A DNA stretch of 64,000 nt from IMG/VR virus record IMGVR_UViG_3300034061_005432, positions 1 to 64,000 of that record; one strand, given 5' to 3'. Numbering within the stretch: the first letter of the stretch is position 1; every line of letters begins with the position of its first letter. Below the pieces are notes generated by a model that saw only the letters and a list, made by a program, of their open reading frames with translations, was not told where the DNA came from and did no database searches. A program made the translations under genes and the position numbers. This document shows, piece after piece, positions 49,439-58,729 of the stretch. This DNA comes from an uncultured virus (IMG/VR IMGVR_UViG_3300034061_005432) (lineage: Duplodnaviria > Heunggongvirae > Uroviricota > Caudoviricetes).

Positions 49439-52267
49439 ATGGTTCCACAAGAAGAAATTGAACGCTTTTTATTAGGCGAAGACGAAGAAAAATATATCGT
49501 TTCACTCGAGTACGATTACAAAACATCAAAAATTTATAAAGTAATTCAAGACCCAATTAAAGGTAAATTATTACGCCCTGATACATTTATTCCGTTTGCA
49601 TGGGTCGGTGATTTAAAAGGTAAAAACTTTTATAAAAGTGATAAACATTCTCAAAAAAGAGCAATGAGTGAAAATGGAATTATTATTGAAAAATTAGACA
49701 CTCATGGAGACGAAAGACTCGAAAATGGATTAAAGTATATCGTAAAGACAACAAAGTCATATTCAAACCTCGTAAACTTTTTTAAGGGTGGTGGATTAGA
49801 TCCATGGGGTAGAGATAACACGGACAGTATACAAATCCTATCACCCGTAGAACAATACCTAATTCAAAAAAACAAACGACTTTTTAAAGGTTTCGAAGAA
49901 TACGATGAAATCCACAGGTTTGTATTCGATATCGAGACCACAGGACTTGACCCCAAAACAAGTAAAATATTCTTGATTGGGATGAAAGACAATCGTGGTT
50001 TCTTGAAATTATTATCAGCACAAAATGAAGATGAGGAAAGACAAATGATTGTCGATTTCTTTAAAACTATTGATGAACTAAAACCTTCTTTGGTTGGTGG
50101 TTATAACTCAGCCTTCTTTGACTTCCCATTTATTTTAAAAAGAGCCGAGATATTAAAACTTAATATCAAAAAAATCTGTAAAACCTTACACCCCGATTAT
50201 ACTCTGAAACAAAAAGATGGTATCTTGAAGTTAGCAAATGAAATGGAACCTTATGTCCAAACTCAGATGTGGGGATATAACATTGTGGATATTGCACATG
50301 CCGTTCGTAGAGCACAAGCAATCAATTCAGATATCAAGAGTTGGTCTTTGAAGTATATTACTAAGTTTATTGAGGCTGAAAAACCTAATCGTGTTTATGT
50401 TGAGGGGGATAAAATTGGTAAAATCTATTTCGATAACGAAGAGTTTTGGATGAACAAAGAAAATGGGGCATACAAAAAAGTTGGGTTTGATTCTAAAATA
50501 GATGAGATATGTAAAAGACGAGATGATGTTTATCATTTAATTACCGGATCAAAGATTATTGAAGATTACTTGGACGATGACCTTTATGAAACTATGATTG
50601 TTGACGAGCAGTTTAACCAAGCAAACTTCCTACTTTCTAAACTTGTACCAACAACATATGAAAGACTTTCAACAATGGGAACTGCAACATTATGGAAAAT
50701 GATTATGTCCTCATGGTCTTATAAACATAACTTAGCATTACCAAGAAAATTGGAAAAAAGAAAGTTTACGGGAGGTCTTTCTCGTTTGGTACAAGTTGGG
50801 TTCTCTAAAAATGTATTAAAACTTGACTACTCTTCACTATACCCATCTATTCAGTTGGTTCATGATGTCTTTCCCGCTTGTGATGTTACAGGTGCGATGA
50901 AGAGTATGTTAAAGTATTTCCGTGATACTCGTATCAAATACAAGAACTTGGCAAGTGAATTTAAAACAATAGACCCAAAACTTGCAATTTCATATGATAG
51001 AAAGCAGTTACCAATTAAAATCTTCATCAACGCTTTCTTTGGTTCATTATCAGCACCACAAGTGTTTCCGTGGGGGGATATTGATATGGGTGAACAGATT
51101 ACTTGTACAGGTAGACAATATCTTCGTCAGATGATTATGTTTTTTATGAAACGAGGTTATGTTCCACTTGTAATGGACACGGATGGTGTGAACTTTGAAA
51201 CTCCGTCAGACCGTGATGAATACAAATACATAGGTAAAGGTCTTAACGGATTGGTTAAAGAAGGAAAAGAATATGTCGGCGCTGAAGCGGATGTTGCGGA
51301 ATACAATGATTTGTTTTTGAGGGGTGAAATGGGATTGGATATTGACGGTGTTTGGCCATCTACAATTAATGTTGCTCGTAAAAACTACGCACTTCTTACC
51401 GATAAAGGAAAAGTAAAACTTACGGGTAATACAATTAAGTCTAAAAAACTTCAAACATATGTTGCTGAGTTCTTGGATAAAGGTCTTCGAATGTTATTAG
51501 ATGGTAAGGGCGGTGAGTTTTTAGATTTCTATTACGAGTATGTGGATAAGTTGTATAACCGACAAATTCCTTTGGCTAAAATCGCAAATAAGGCTCGTGT
51601 TAAACAGTCTATTGATGATTATAAAGTTCACATCACAAAAACCACAAAGGCAGGTAACATGATGTCTCGTCAAGCTCACATGGAACTTTTGATTAAGGAG
51701 GGTAAGAACCCTGGTCTTGGTGATACAATTTTTTATGTTAATAACGGTGAAAAGAAATCACACGGAGATGTTCAAAAGAAAAAAGACGAATTAGTTTTAA
51801 ATTGTTATTTGATTGATGAAAAAGAAATAGAAAGGAACCCCGATTTATTAGGTGAGTATAACATTGCAAGATATATGGCGGCGTTTAATAAAAGGATTGA
51901 ACCACTATTGGTTGTATACAAACCTGAAATCAGAGAAGATATTTTAATTGAGGACCCTAAGGACAGACCTATATTCACAAAGACACAAACAGAACTTGTG
52001 AGAGGCTACCCAATGAAAGAAGCGCACCAAGATACATTAGAGGAAGTTTTATCACTGTCAGACATGGAATTAACATTTTGGAAAAATGTTGGGATAGATC
52101 CGTATTACATGTATATTGATGACACTTTAAATTTAGTTGATGTAGAGTGGGTTGAAAAAAATAGAGTTATGATGGAGGAATATGTGAAACAAAACAAAAA
52201 AATTGACCAAGAAGAATTCTATGAGTTTGATGTGGACGGTGATCTTATGTCGTTATCGTTTGATTAG
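49439..52267 (+). CDS. family B DNA polymerase
   Basis: Exonuclease motifs FDIETTG, GYNSAFFD, YLDDD; polymerase motifs LDYSSLYPS, KIFINAFFG, MDTDG, KNYA; ATG 49439 preferred over GTG 49403. Confidence 0.93.
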   Translation: MVPQEEIERFLLGEDEEKYIVSLEYDYKTSKIYKVIQDPIKGKLLRPDTFIPFAWVGDLKGKNFYKSDKHSQKRAMSENGIIIEKLDTHGDERLENGLKYIVKTTKSYSNLVNFFKGGGLDPWGRDNTDSIQILSPVEQYLIQKNKRLFKGFEEYDEIHRFVFDIETTGLDPKTSKIFLIGMKDNRGFLKLLSAQNEDEERQMIVDFFKTIDELKPSLVGGYNSAFFDFPFILKRAEILKLNIKKICKTLHPDYTLKQKDGILKLANEMEPYVQTQMWGYNIVDIAHAVRRAQAINSDIKSWSLKYITKFIEAEKPNRVYVEGDKIGKIYFDNEEFWMNKENGAYKKVGFDSKIDEICKRRDDVYHLITGSKIIEDYLDDDLYETMIVDEQFNQANFLLSKLVPTTYERLSTMGTATLWKMIMSSWSYKHNLALPRKLEKRKFTGGLSRLVQVGFSKNVLKLDYSSLYPSIQLVHDVFPACDVTGAMKSMLKYFRDTRIKYKNLASEFKTIDPKLAISYDRKQLPIKIFINAFFGSLSAPQVFPWGDIDMGEQITCTGRQYLRQMIMFFMKRGYVPLVMDTDGVNFETPSDRDEYKYIGKGLNGLVKEGKEYVGAEADVAEYNDLFLRGEMGLDIDGVWPSTINVARKNYALLTDKGKVKLTGNTIKSKKLQTYVAEFLDKGLRMLLDGKGGEFLDFYYEYVDKLYNRQIPLAKIANKARVKQSIDDYKVHITKTTKAGNMMSRQAHMELLIKEGKNPGLGDTIFYVNNGEKKSHGDVQKKKDELVLNCYLIDEKEIERNPDLLGEYNIARYMAAFNKRIEPLLVVYKPEIREDILIEDPKDRPIFTKTQTELVRGYPMKEAHQDTLEEVLSLSDMELTFWKNVGIDPYYMYIDDTLNLVDVEWVEKNRVMMEEYVKQNKKIDQEEFYEFDVDGDLMSLSFD

Positions 52268-52596
52268 GAATTTTTTAAACCGTCAGATGAAAGTATATAC
52301 CAAAAACCATTTATATATTTAAATTCAACACATGACCCTTTATCAAGTTCCACTTCATTAAACTCTTCATCAATTAAACTTTCAGTTTTTACTAAAACTT
52401 TGGTTAATGATTTAACAACTACATGGTCAGTGTTGTTATGATTTAAATATAATTCGTGATTTTCTTCACCTTTATAAACAATCACATATTCACCATTTGT
52501 AGTATAGTCTTGACTAATTACTACTGCGGAGTCCGATGTCTCAATTTGATTTCCATTAATAATTCTTAATGAAGGTATGGATCTAAAAACTGGCAT
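52264..52596 (-). CDS. hypothetical beta-rich protein, possibly structural
   Basis: 110-aa ORF downstream of the neck gene. Confidence 0.65.
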   Translation of the reverse strand: MPVFRSIPSLRIINGNQIETSDSAVVISQDYTTNGEYVIVYKGEENHELYLNHNNTDHVVVKSLTKVLVKTESLIDEEFNEVELDKGSCVEFKYINGFWYILSSDGLKNS

Positions 52597-52603
52597 ATTT
52601 TAA

Positions 52604-53722
52604 TTATATGACGGTATATGGACTTGTAAATGGTCTAAACTTAAGGGTTTTGTTCATATTTTCAGCCTGTAACCCTTTAATTTCCCATTGTTTTTCCGGT
52701 CTTAGTCTTTCTAAACGAGTTTTTAATTCTTCCCATAACATAGCTTTTTCATCTTTTGCTTCTGTTTGTAAACTCTGATATTCTAGTGTAAGTTCTGAAT
52801 CTGGTGTTTTTAAGTTTCCACTATATTTTCCTCTTACTCTTGCCAATGTTTCTTTACAATACGCTGTAAACCATCTTCTTACCCAAGTTTGTGCCGGTGA
52901 GTTCAATTCGTCCCATCTCATTTCATCGATAGGAACATCTGAAGGAAGTTTTACAACATCCTTATTTGCTGCTAAACAACCATCCCTATCAAATGTATCG
53001 TAGTACCAATACCATACTCTATATTTTTGGAAATTAATATTCCCAAAGTCAAATTTTCCACCAGGTACATTCATTAAATGTAATGCCTTTTTACCTTCAG
53101 GTAATGCTGTAATTCGATATGTAAGTTCACCTGTAATTATTCTTCTTTTAATATTGATGTCCGACATTCTCAAAAGGATGTCAAAGGCAGGTGTAATAAA
53201 ATAATTACCTGTCGTACCCATTTGAGAAAATCCAGCTCCCCCACCCAATCCAATACCACCGAATCCACCAAATCCACCCATGAATGGATCAAAGTAAGCT
53301 GCGTCTAATTCTGATCTTGAAAACCAAAGTAATTCATTTACTTCTCTACCTGCCGGTATTTCATATATCTGTTGGTGAGGTACTAACTCAATATAGTCTT
53401 TTTTCAATACCCAATCACCACCAGCTTGGAGACCCACGATTTTAGAATAAGCGTATGTATATTGAGTTTCCCAATCTAATGATCTTGTTGTAAAGGCTCT
53501 CGTTAGCGATTGTTCATCTAAGTTCATTCCGTAAAGTGAGGACCACTGACTTTCAATCAACCAATCATTAACATGTTGTGCGTAATCTTGTACTGATAAT
53601 TCTAAAAGTGAGTCCAACATTTCATCTTCGAGTTCGACTGAACGCAATGGTGCCCCCAAAAGATTTTTAATTCTTTTGTAAAGTTTACTTCTTTCTGGTT
53701 CTGTAATTATTGCTGTGGACAT
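52604..53722 (-). CDS. neck/head-tail adaptor (T4 gp13-like)
   Basis: LGAPLRSVEL...; WVRRWFTAYCKETLARVRGKYS. Confidence 0.7.
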   Translation of the reverse strand: MSTAIITEPERSKLYKRIKNLLGAPLRSVELEDEMLDSLLELSVQDYAQHVNDWLIESQWSSLYGMNLDEQSLTRAFTTRSLDWETQYTYAYSKIVGLQAGGDWVLKKDYIELVPHQQIYEIPAGREVNELLWFSRSELDAAYFDPFMGGFGGFGGIGLGGGAGFSQMGTTGNYFITPAFDILLRMSDINIKRRIITGELTYRITALPEGKKALHLMNVPGGKFDFGNINFQKYRVWYWYYDTFDRDGCLAANKDVVKLPSDVPIDEMRWDELNSPAQTWVRRWFTAYCKETLARVRGKYSGNLKTPDSELTLEYQSLQTEAKDEKAMLWEELKTRLERLRPEKQWEIKGLQAENMNKTLKFRPFTSPYTVI

Positions 53723-53736
53723 AAGAATATTTTCTA

Positions 53737-53755
53737 TATAAATATCTTATAAATA
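53737..53755 (-). promoter_or_regulatory. two tandem TATTTATA late motifs
   Basis: TATAAATA on the plus strand at 53737-44 and 53748-55, upstream of ATG 53722 (minus). Confidence 0.55.
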
Positions 53756-53763
53756 AAAAGACA

Positions 53764-54849
53764 TTAAAATTTCCTTTTGGTTTGTGTGGTGTAGAGATCA
53801 TTTACGAACCCCCAATTTACAACTTTCCAAAAATTACTAATATATTTGTCTCTTTCATTTTTGTACTTGAGGTAATATGCGTGTTCCCATAAATCTAATC
53901 CTAATAGTGGATACCCCCCGTTTTTTTCAATATCCATTAATGGGTTATCTTGGTTTGCTGTAGTGACAATTTTAAGACCATTTGTTTTGGTTAAAACCAA
54001 CCAAACCCATCCTGAACCAAATCTACTTTTGGCTTCTGATTCAAATTTTTCTTTAAATTTTTCAAAAGACCCAAAGTGTTTGTCAATTTTAGTTTTAATA
54101 GGATCTATTAATTCTTGTTTTTTGGGTGAAAGCATTTTCCAAAAAAGAGCGTGATTAAAAGCCCCACCACCATTATTTCTAACTTTTGTATTAAATTTTG
54201 AAATTTTGAGTATTATTTCTTCTAAATCTAAATCTTTACCTGAAATCTTATCTAATTCTAAATTTAATTTTTCAACATACCCTTTATAGTGTTTGTTATA
54301 ATGAGTTTTCATAGTTTCAGTATCTATGAATTTTCCTAACGAATCAAAATCGTATGGTAATTTATCGATACTAATGTGTTTAATTTCACTTATAATTTTT
54401 TCATTATTAAATGAAACTATTTCCAACTTATTTTCTATCTCATTTATTTTTTTTTCAAACTTTGTATAGATAATGTCTTCTAATTTTTTGTTACTTTTTT
54501 CGAAGTTTTTAACATCTTTACCTGAAATCGCATTAGCATCATCTTCGTTTTCACCACCAATGTCTTTTCCCTTTTTTCTTTTTAAAACGGTTCTTTGGTA
54601 TTCGTGTTGCCACTCATGAGACAATGTTCTTAAAATATCACGATTTAATCTGTCTTTAACTAACACTTTTAGAACACTACTATCGGTTCTCGACCCCGTG
54701 GTCATAGTACCGAATCTTTTGTTTGTGAAAATTATTTTAACATCACCTTTAAGGGGATATTCTTTTTTAAGATAAGTAATAAATCTTTTGATTAATAATT
54801 CTTGATCTACTTTTGGCGTGATTCCTTTATATGATATTTCAACATTCAT
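53764..54849 (-). CDS. sod: HExxH metallopeptidase-like domain fused to an Mn/Fe superoxide dismutase
   Basis: N-terminal RTLSHEWQHE..ENEDDAN; SOD motifs LPY, HYNKH, NNGGGAFNH, FGSGWVWL, NQDNP, DLWEHAYY. Confidence 0.88.
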   Translation of the reverse strand: MNVEISYKGITPKVDQELLIKRFITYLKKEYPLKGDVKIIFTNKRFGTMTTGSRTDSSVLKVLVKDRLNRDILRTLSHEWQHEYQRTVLKRKKGKDIGGENEDDANAISGKDVKNFEKSNKKLEDIIYTKFEKKINEIENKLEIVSFNNEKIISEIKHISIDKLPYDFDSLGKFIDTETMKTHYNKHYKGYVEKLNLELDKISGKDLDLEEIILKISKFNTKVRNNGGGAFNHALFWKMLSPKKQELIDPIKTKIDKHFGSFEKFKEKFESEAKSRFGSGWVWLVLTKTNGLKIVTTANQDNPLMDIEKNGGYPLLGLDLWEHAYYLKYKNERDKYISNFWKVVNWGFVNDLYTTQTKRKF

Positions 54850-54852
54850 ATG

Positions 54853-54860
54853 TATAAATA
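54853..54860 (-). promoter_or_regulatory. putative late promoter motif TATTTATA
   Basis: 3 nt before ATG 54849. Confidence 0.6.
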
Positions 54861-56624
54861 TCACCTTTGTTTAGAAATCATATTTAACATTTCTTCTATT
54901 GTGGATGCGTCATCCATCATATCATCACCCATTACTGTAGAAATGATCTTTTTCTTTCTATTTAGTATATCGTAGATTGCACCCTCAATTGTATTTTCAA
55001 AAATAGGATAATATACTGATGTTGAATTTTTTTGTCCAATTCTATGTGATCTATCTTCAGCTTGCGAATGTTCTGCAGGTACAAAAGATAAATCATTCAT
55101 GATTACAGCTTCCGCTGAGGTTAAAGTTAATCCAACCCCCGCTGCTTTTAAATTACCAACAAATACTTTTATTTTATCGTTCGTTTGAAATTCGTCTACA
55201 GAATTTTGTCGGTGCGGTTTCGAACAAGATCCATCTAAATAGACTGCAGACTTACCAAAGTGATTATAAATTTCTTGTAGTGTATCTGTAAAATTTGTAA
55301 AAATAATAACTTTTTTACCTTGGTCTATAATATTCTCAGCAAGTTCTATAGTGCTTTTTACTTTCTCACTTGCAATTATTTTTCTCACTTTCATTAATTT
55401 CCCAAACTGCAAAGTTAATGATGACGATTCTTCACTATTGTTGTCATACCAATCAAAATACTCACCCATCAAATCTTCATAGTCTTTTGATTTAAGTCTT
55501 AAATAGACAGGTGTGATAATTTTTTCAGGTAAATCTAAAACATCTTCTTTTAGTCTTCTGAGGATGTGAGTTTGTGTCCTATCTCTTAATTCATCTAAGT
55601 TTGAGGCTCCCGTAACATTCCAAACTTTTCTTTTCCCAACACTAAATTGGAATCCGTTACAATATCTTTTAGCATACGCCATCCAATTCATAGCAACAGG
55701 ACTGTCAACAAGATTTAAAAGATTATAATAATTCATAGGTCTGGATGTCATTGGGGTTCCCGATAATAACCACACCCTTGTTGATTTTTGTGTTATATCA
55801 TTAACTATTTTTGTCCTTTGAGCTTGGGGATTAGAGATCATATGAGCCTCGTCCATAATAATAAGATCAAAGTTAGACTTTAAAATTGTGGATTCATCTT
55901 TCTTTTTTGGGTCGTGAAAATTTTTAAGTATGTCATAATTGATGATGACAAAATCGTGTTCGTCTGAAAACTTTTTTCCTTCAGAAATATAAACAGATCT
56001 ATCTGAGTAGTTTTCAATCTCTCTTTGCCAATTTATTTTCAAAGAAGCGGGACAAACAATTAATATTTTTTTAGCTCTCGTCTCAAGTGCTGCGATAATT
56101 GTTGCAGTAGTCTTACCAAGACCCATATCATCTGCCAAAATAAACTTTTTGTTTCTAACAAGTTTTTCTATTGCTTCTTTTTGGTGATCCATCGGAGGTC
56201 TGTGATTATATTTATCATATTCAATAAGCACATTTTTAACTTCATTGTCTTTAATTAGCGCTGATTTTGGCATCCAAAAATCATGTAAAGTTTCACCTGA
56301 AAATATTTTACCCCAAATATGATAAGCTTTGTCTTTTTCAACTAATAACTTTTCTACATATATTTCTGACGGTTCTTTCGTGTACATTTTGTCCTCCATC
56401 AGTTTTTTCCCAAAGTAACTATCTAACTTGACCCACTTTTTTGCAACTTTAGGTGTTGTGTTTTTGTAAAGGTTGATGTAATCCGATTGACTTCTTGTTG
56501 GTGTAAAAGATCTACTATTTTCTTTTTTATGTTTCAAATTTAGAATATAGTTATTTGACCCGTCATAACTTTCAAGTGCGACGAGTGCTTTAGATTCGGG
56601 GGTTTTAGGAATAAAATCTTCCAT
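54861..56624 (-). CDS. SNF2-family helicase
   Basis: LADDMGLGKT, VCPASL, MDEAH, LSGTP, QAEDRSHRIGQ. Confidence 0.92.
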   Translation of the reverse strand: MEDFIPKTPESKALVALESYDGSNNYILNLKHKKENSRSFTPTRSQSDYINLYKNTTPKVAKKWVKLDSYFGKKLMEDKMYTKEPSEIYVEKLLVEKDKAYHIWGKIFSGETLHDFWMPKSALIKDNEVKNVLIEYDKYNHRPPMDHQKEAIEKLVRNKKFILADDMGLGKTTATIIAALETRAKKILIVCPASLKINWQREIENYSDRSVYISEGKKFSDEHDFVIINYDILKNFHDPKKKDESTILKSNFDLIIMDEAHMISNPQAQRTKIVNDITQKSTRVWLLSGTPMTSRPMNYYNLLNLVDSPVAMNWMAYAKRYCNGFQFSVGKRKVWNVTGASNLDELRDRTQTHILRRLKEDVLDLPEKIITPVYLRLKSKDYEDLMGEYFDWYDNNSEESSSLTLQFGKLMKVRKIIASEKVKSTIELAENIIDQGKKVIIFTNFTDTLQEIYNHFGKSAVYLDGSCSKPHRQNSVDEFQTNDKIKVFVGNLKAAGVGLTLTSAEAVIMNDLSFVPAEHSQAEDRSHRIGQKNSTSVYYPIFENTIEGAIYDILNRKKKIISTVMGDDMMDDASTIEEMLNMISKQR

Positions 56625-56636
56625 AATTAATAATTA

Positions 56637-56665
56637 AAAATAAGTATTAACAACTAAAAAATCAA
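56637..56665 (-). promoter_or_regulatory. host-type promoter for the helicase
   Basis: The minus strand reads TTGATT-N17-TATTTT, with the same -35 as the clpC promoter. Confidence 0.45.
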
Positions 56666-56671
56666 TCAAAG

Positions 56672-56679
56672 TATTTATA
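56672..56679 (+). promoter_or_regulatory. putative late promoter motif TATTTATA
   Basis: 3 nt before ATG 56683. Confidence 0.6.
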
Positions 56680-56682
56680 GAT

Positions 56683-57198
56683 ATGGCAGATAATAGAGTT
56701 CCAATTACTAGACTTAATAAGTTTTTTTCAGAACAGGACTTTGATTTGGACCTTTCGATGGGTGAAGAATGGTTATTAGGTGATATGAATTTCACACTTG
56801 TTTTGTATCGAGTAGATAGACAACGAACCGATACTGATGATGTTTACGGTGAGGCTATTTCAGATGCTATACAATTTTTACCTCCTGTTGAATTTAAGGG
56901 ATATGTCAAAATAGATACTCCTACTAATTCAGATTTAGGATCTTCAAAACTTTATCAGTCGGAACCTGGTAATCTAACAGTTAGTGTTTACCAAAAAACA
57001 TTAGTAGAACTTGCTGTGGAAATTTCTTTAGGTGATTATATTGGTTATTACGAAACAGAAAATAGAGTTAGGTATTATAGTGTTGTTGATGATGGTAGGG
57101 TTGTTTCTGATTTGAAACATTCATACGGAGGATATAAACCGTTTTATAGAACCATAAAAGCGGCTCCTGTTACGGATAACGAATTTAGAGGAATATAA
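56683..57198 (+). CDS. head closure/neck protein (gp14-like)
   Basis: LYRVD...DDVYGE...GDYI; located before the terminator and sheath genes. Confidence 0.55.
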   Translation: MADNRVPITRLNKFFSEQDFDLDLSMGEEWLLGDMNFTLVLYRVDRQRTDTDDVYGEAISDAIQFLPPVEFKGYVKIDTPTNSDLGSSKLYQSEPGNLTVSVYQKTLVELAVEISLGDYIGYYETENRVRYYSVVDDGRVVSDLKHSYGGYKPFYRTIKAAPVTDNEFRGI

Positions 57199-57200
57199 TT

Positions 57201-58442
57201 ATGGCTTTACCAAAACAATTTATAAAAAAACTTCCTTTAGTCCCTCAGAAAGTTGGGGTAGAACGAAGACAGGAATTGTTGGAAGAAATAACCGACAAAG
57301 GAACTTATTTACCAAAGGGTGTTTTACATGCCGATTTGGATAGGGGGATGTTAGACTTTGTAAAGAACCAACTAAAGTTAGTTGTTGATGAAAAAAAAGT
57401 ACCGACAATAGATAGAATCATTACAAACCAAAGTTGGATTCAATTTACAGAAACTTGGGACTTTAAGGATTTAGATAGTAATATAACATTACCATTTATA
57501 TCTACTGTTAGAATGCCTGAAGTAAAATACGGAACTAATAATGCTGGTAGAGCAAATATTCCAGAAAGAAGACAGTTCTTCTATTACAGTGTCCCAACTT
57601 GGGACGGTCAAAGAAAAGGTGCGGATGTTTATAAAATACCACAACCAATTCCGGTAGATATTACTTATAATGTAAGAATATTTTGTAATAGAATGAGAGA
57701 GGTAAATGACTTCAACAAAATTATGATGAGAACATTTACTTCAAAACAAGCATATACGCAAATCAAAGGACACTACATTCCAATGACATTGGAGGATGTT
57801 TCAGATGAATCAGTAAAAGAAATAGAAAAAAGAAAATATTACATATCGACATATAAAATACTAATGATGGGTATTTTGATAGATGAAGAAGAGTTTGAGG
57901 TTACTCCAGCAATTTCAAGACAAGTTTCACTTTTTGAATTTGATACAAGAAAAAAATCAAAAAGGGCGGTTATTGAACCACCGAATCCCACAGATTTTAA
58001 TTTAGACTTTTTGTTTGTCACAGGTAATACTTCATTGACAGAGGTATTCAGATATAATGCAGATATTAGAATCTTAAGAACTGACAATGTCGAAAGTTGC
58101 TATAAAATATTTTACACATCCACAACTAATAATACTTTAAGTTACACTGTTTGTAACGGATCACCAACTACATTATCGCTTTCGCCGGGTAATACAGGAA
58201 ATGTTTGTGTACAAGGTGGGTCTACACCCACATTATCAAATACTACTGGGGGAACTATCACGACTTCATCTTCATGTACACCAGGATATTCAGTATATGT
58301 AACAAGAAATTTTGTAACATATTATTTGGGTGATGATATTGAGACAATTCAAGTAAATGCTGGAGACACTTTGAATGTGCAAGTAAATAAATTGAATTCC
58401 TCTGAGTCAGCAACAATTTATACTAATGTTACTTTAGTATAA
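57201..58442 (+). CDS. tail terminator/sheath stabiliser (gp15-like) with a C-terminal extension
   Basis: LPFIS..R, P.PVDITYNV pattern; located before the sheath gene. Confidence 0.55.
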   Translation: MALPKQFIKKLPLVPQKVGVERRQELLEEITDKGTYLPKGVLHADLDRGMLDFVKNQLKLVVDEKKVPTIDRIITNQSWIQFTETWDFKDLDSNITLPFISTVRMPEVKYGTNNAGRANIPERRQFFYYSVPTWDGQRKGADVYKIPQPIPVDITYNVRIFCNRMREVNDFNKIMMRTFTSKQAYTQIKGHYIPMTLEDVSDESVKEIEKRKYYISTYKILMMGILIDEEEFEVTPAISRQVSLFEFDTRKKSKRAVIEPPNPTDFNLDFLFVTGNTSLTEVFRYNADIRILRTDNVESCYKIFYTSTTNNTLSYTVCNGSPTTLSLSPGNTGNVCVQGGSTPTLSNTTGGTITTSSSCTPGYSVYVTRNFVTYYLGDDIETIQVNAGDTLNVQVNKLNSSESATIYTNVTLV

Positions 58443-58592
58443 TTACTCACCGTATATATCTTTTACTTCTTCACAATTTTTTTTAATCAGATTTTCCAAA
58501 AATTTATATATCTTAAGTCCCTTCTTTTCACAGTACTTTTTTAGTAGTTCATGACTTTCTACTGATATTTTTATGTTTTTGATTTTTTTCAT
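58443..58592 (-). CDS. small ribbon-helix-helix-like DNA-binding protein (absent from the ORF track)
   Basis: 49 aa, MKKIKNIKISVESHELLKKYCEKKGLKIYKFLENLIKKNCEEVKDIYGE; TATTTATT motif 4 nt upstream (58597-58604). Confidence 0.65.
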   Translation of the reverse strand: MKKIKNIKISVESHELLKKYCEKKGLKIYKFLENLIKKNCEEVKDIYGE

Positions 58593-58611
58593 TAGAAATA
58601 AATATTTTATT

Positions 58612-58633
58612 AGGCAGAAAAAAGGCAGAAAAA
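58612..58633 (+). repeat. 11-bp direct repeat AGGCAGAAAAA x2
   Basis: Exact tandem copies between the divergent RHH and sheath genes. Confidence 0.75.
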
Positions 58634-58690
58634 ATACATACTTCCTTTAAAATAATAGAATCAGAGTCAGTTTTTTACTTTTTGATGATG

Positions 58691-58698
58691 TATTTATA
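58691..58698 (+). promoter_or_regulatory. putative late promoter motif TATTTATA
   Basis: Upstream of the sheath ATG 58730. Confidence 0.6.
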
Positions 58699-58729
58699 GA
58701 TAAAATAAATCATTTATTAATAACTAAAA

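Noticed and set aside
49439..52267. Intein or intron in PolB, TerL or the helicase
   Set aside because: No intein-like C/S...HN junctions or LAGLIDADG motifs seen, and the ORFs are continuous with ordinary lengths.
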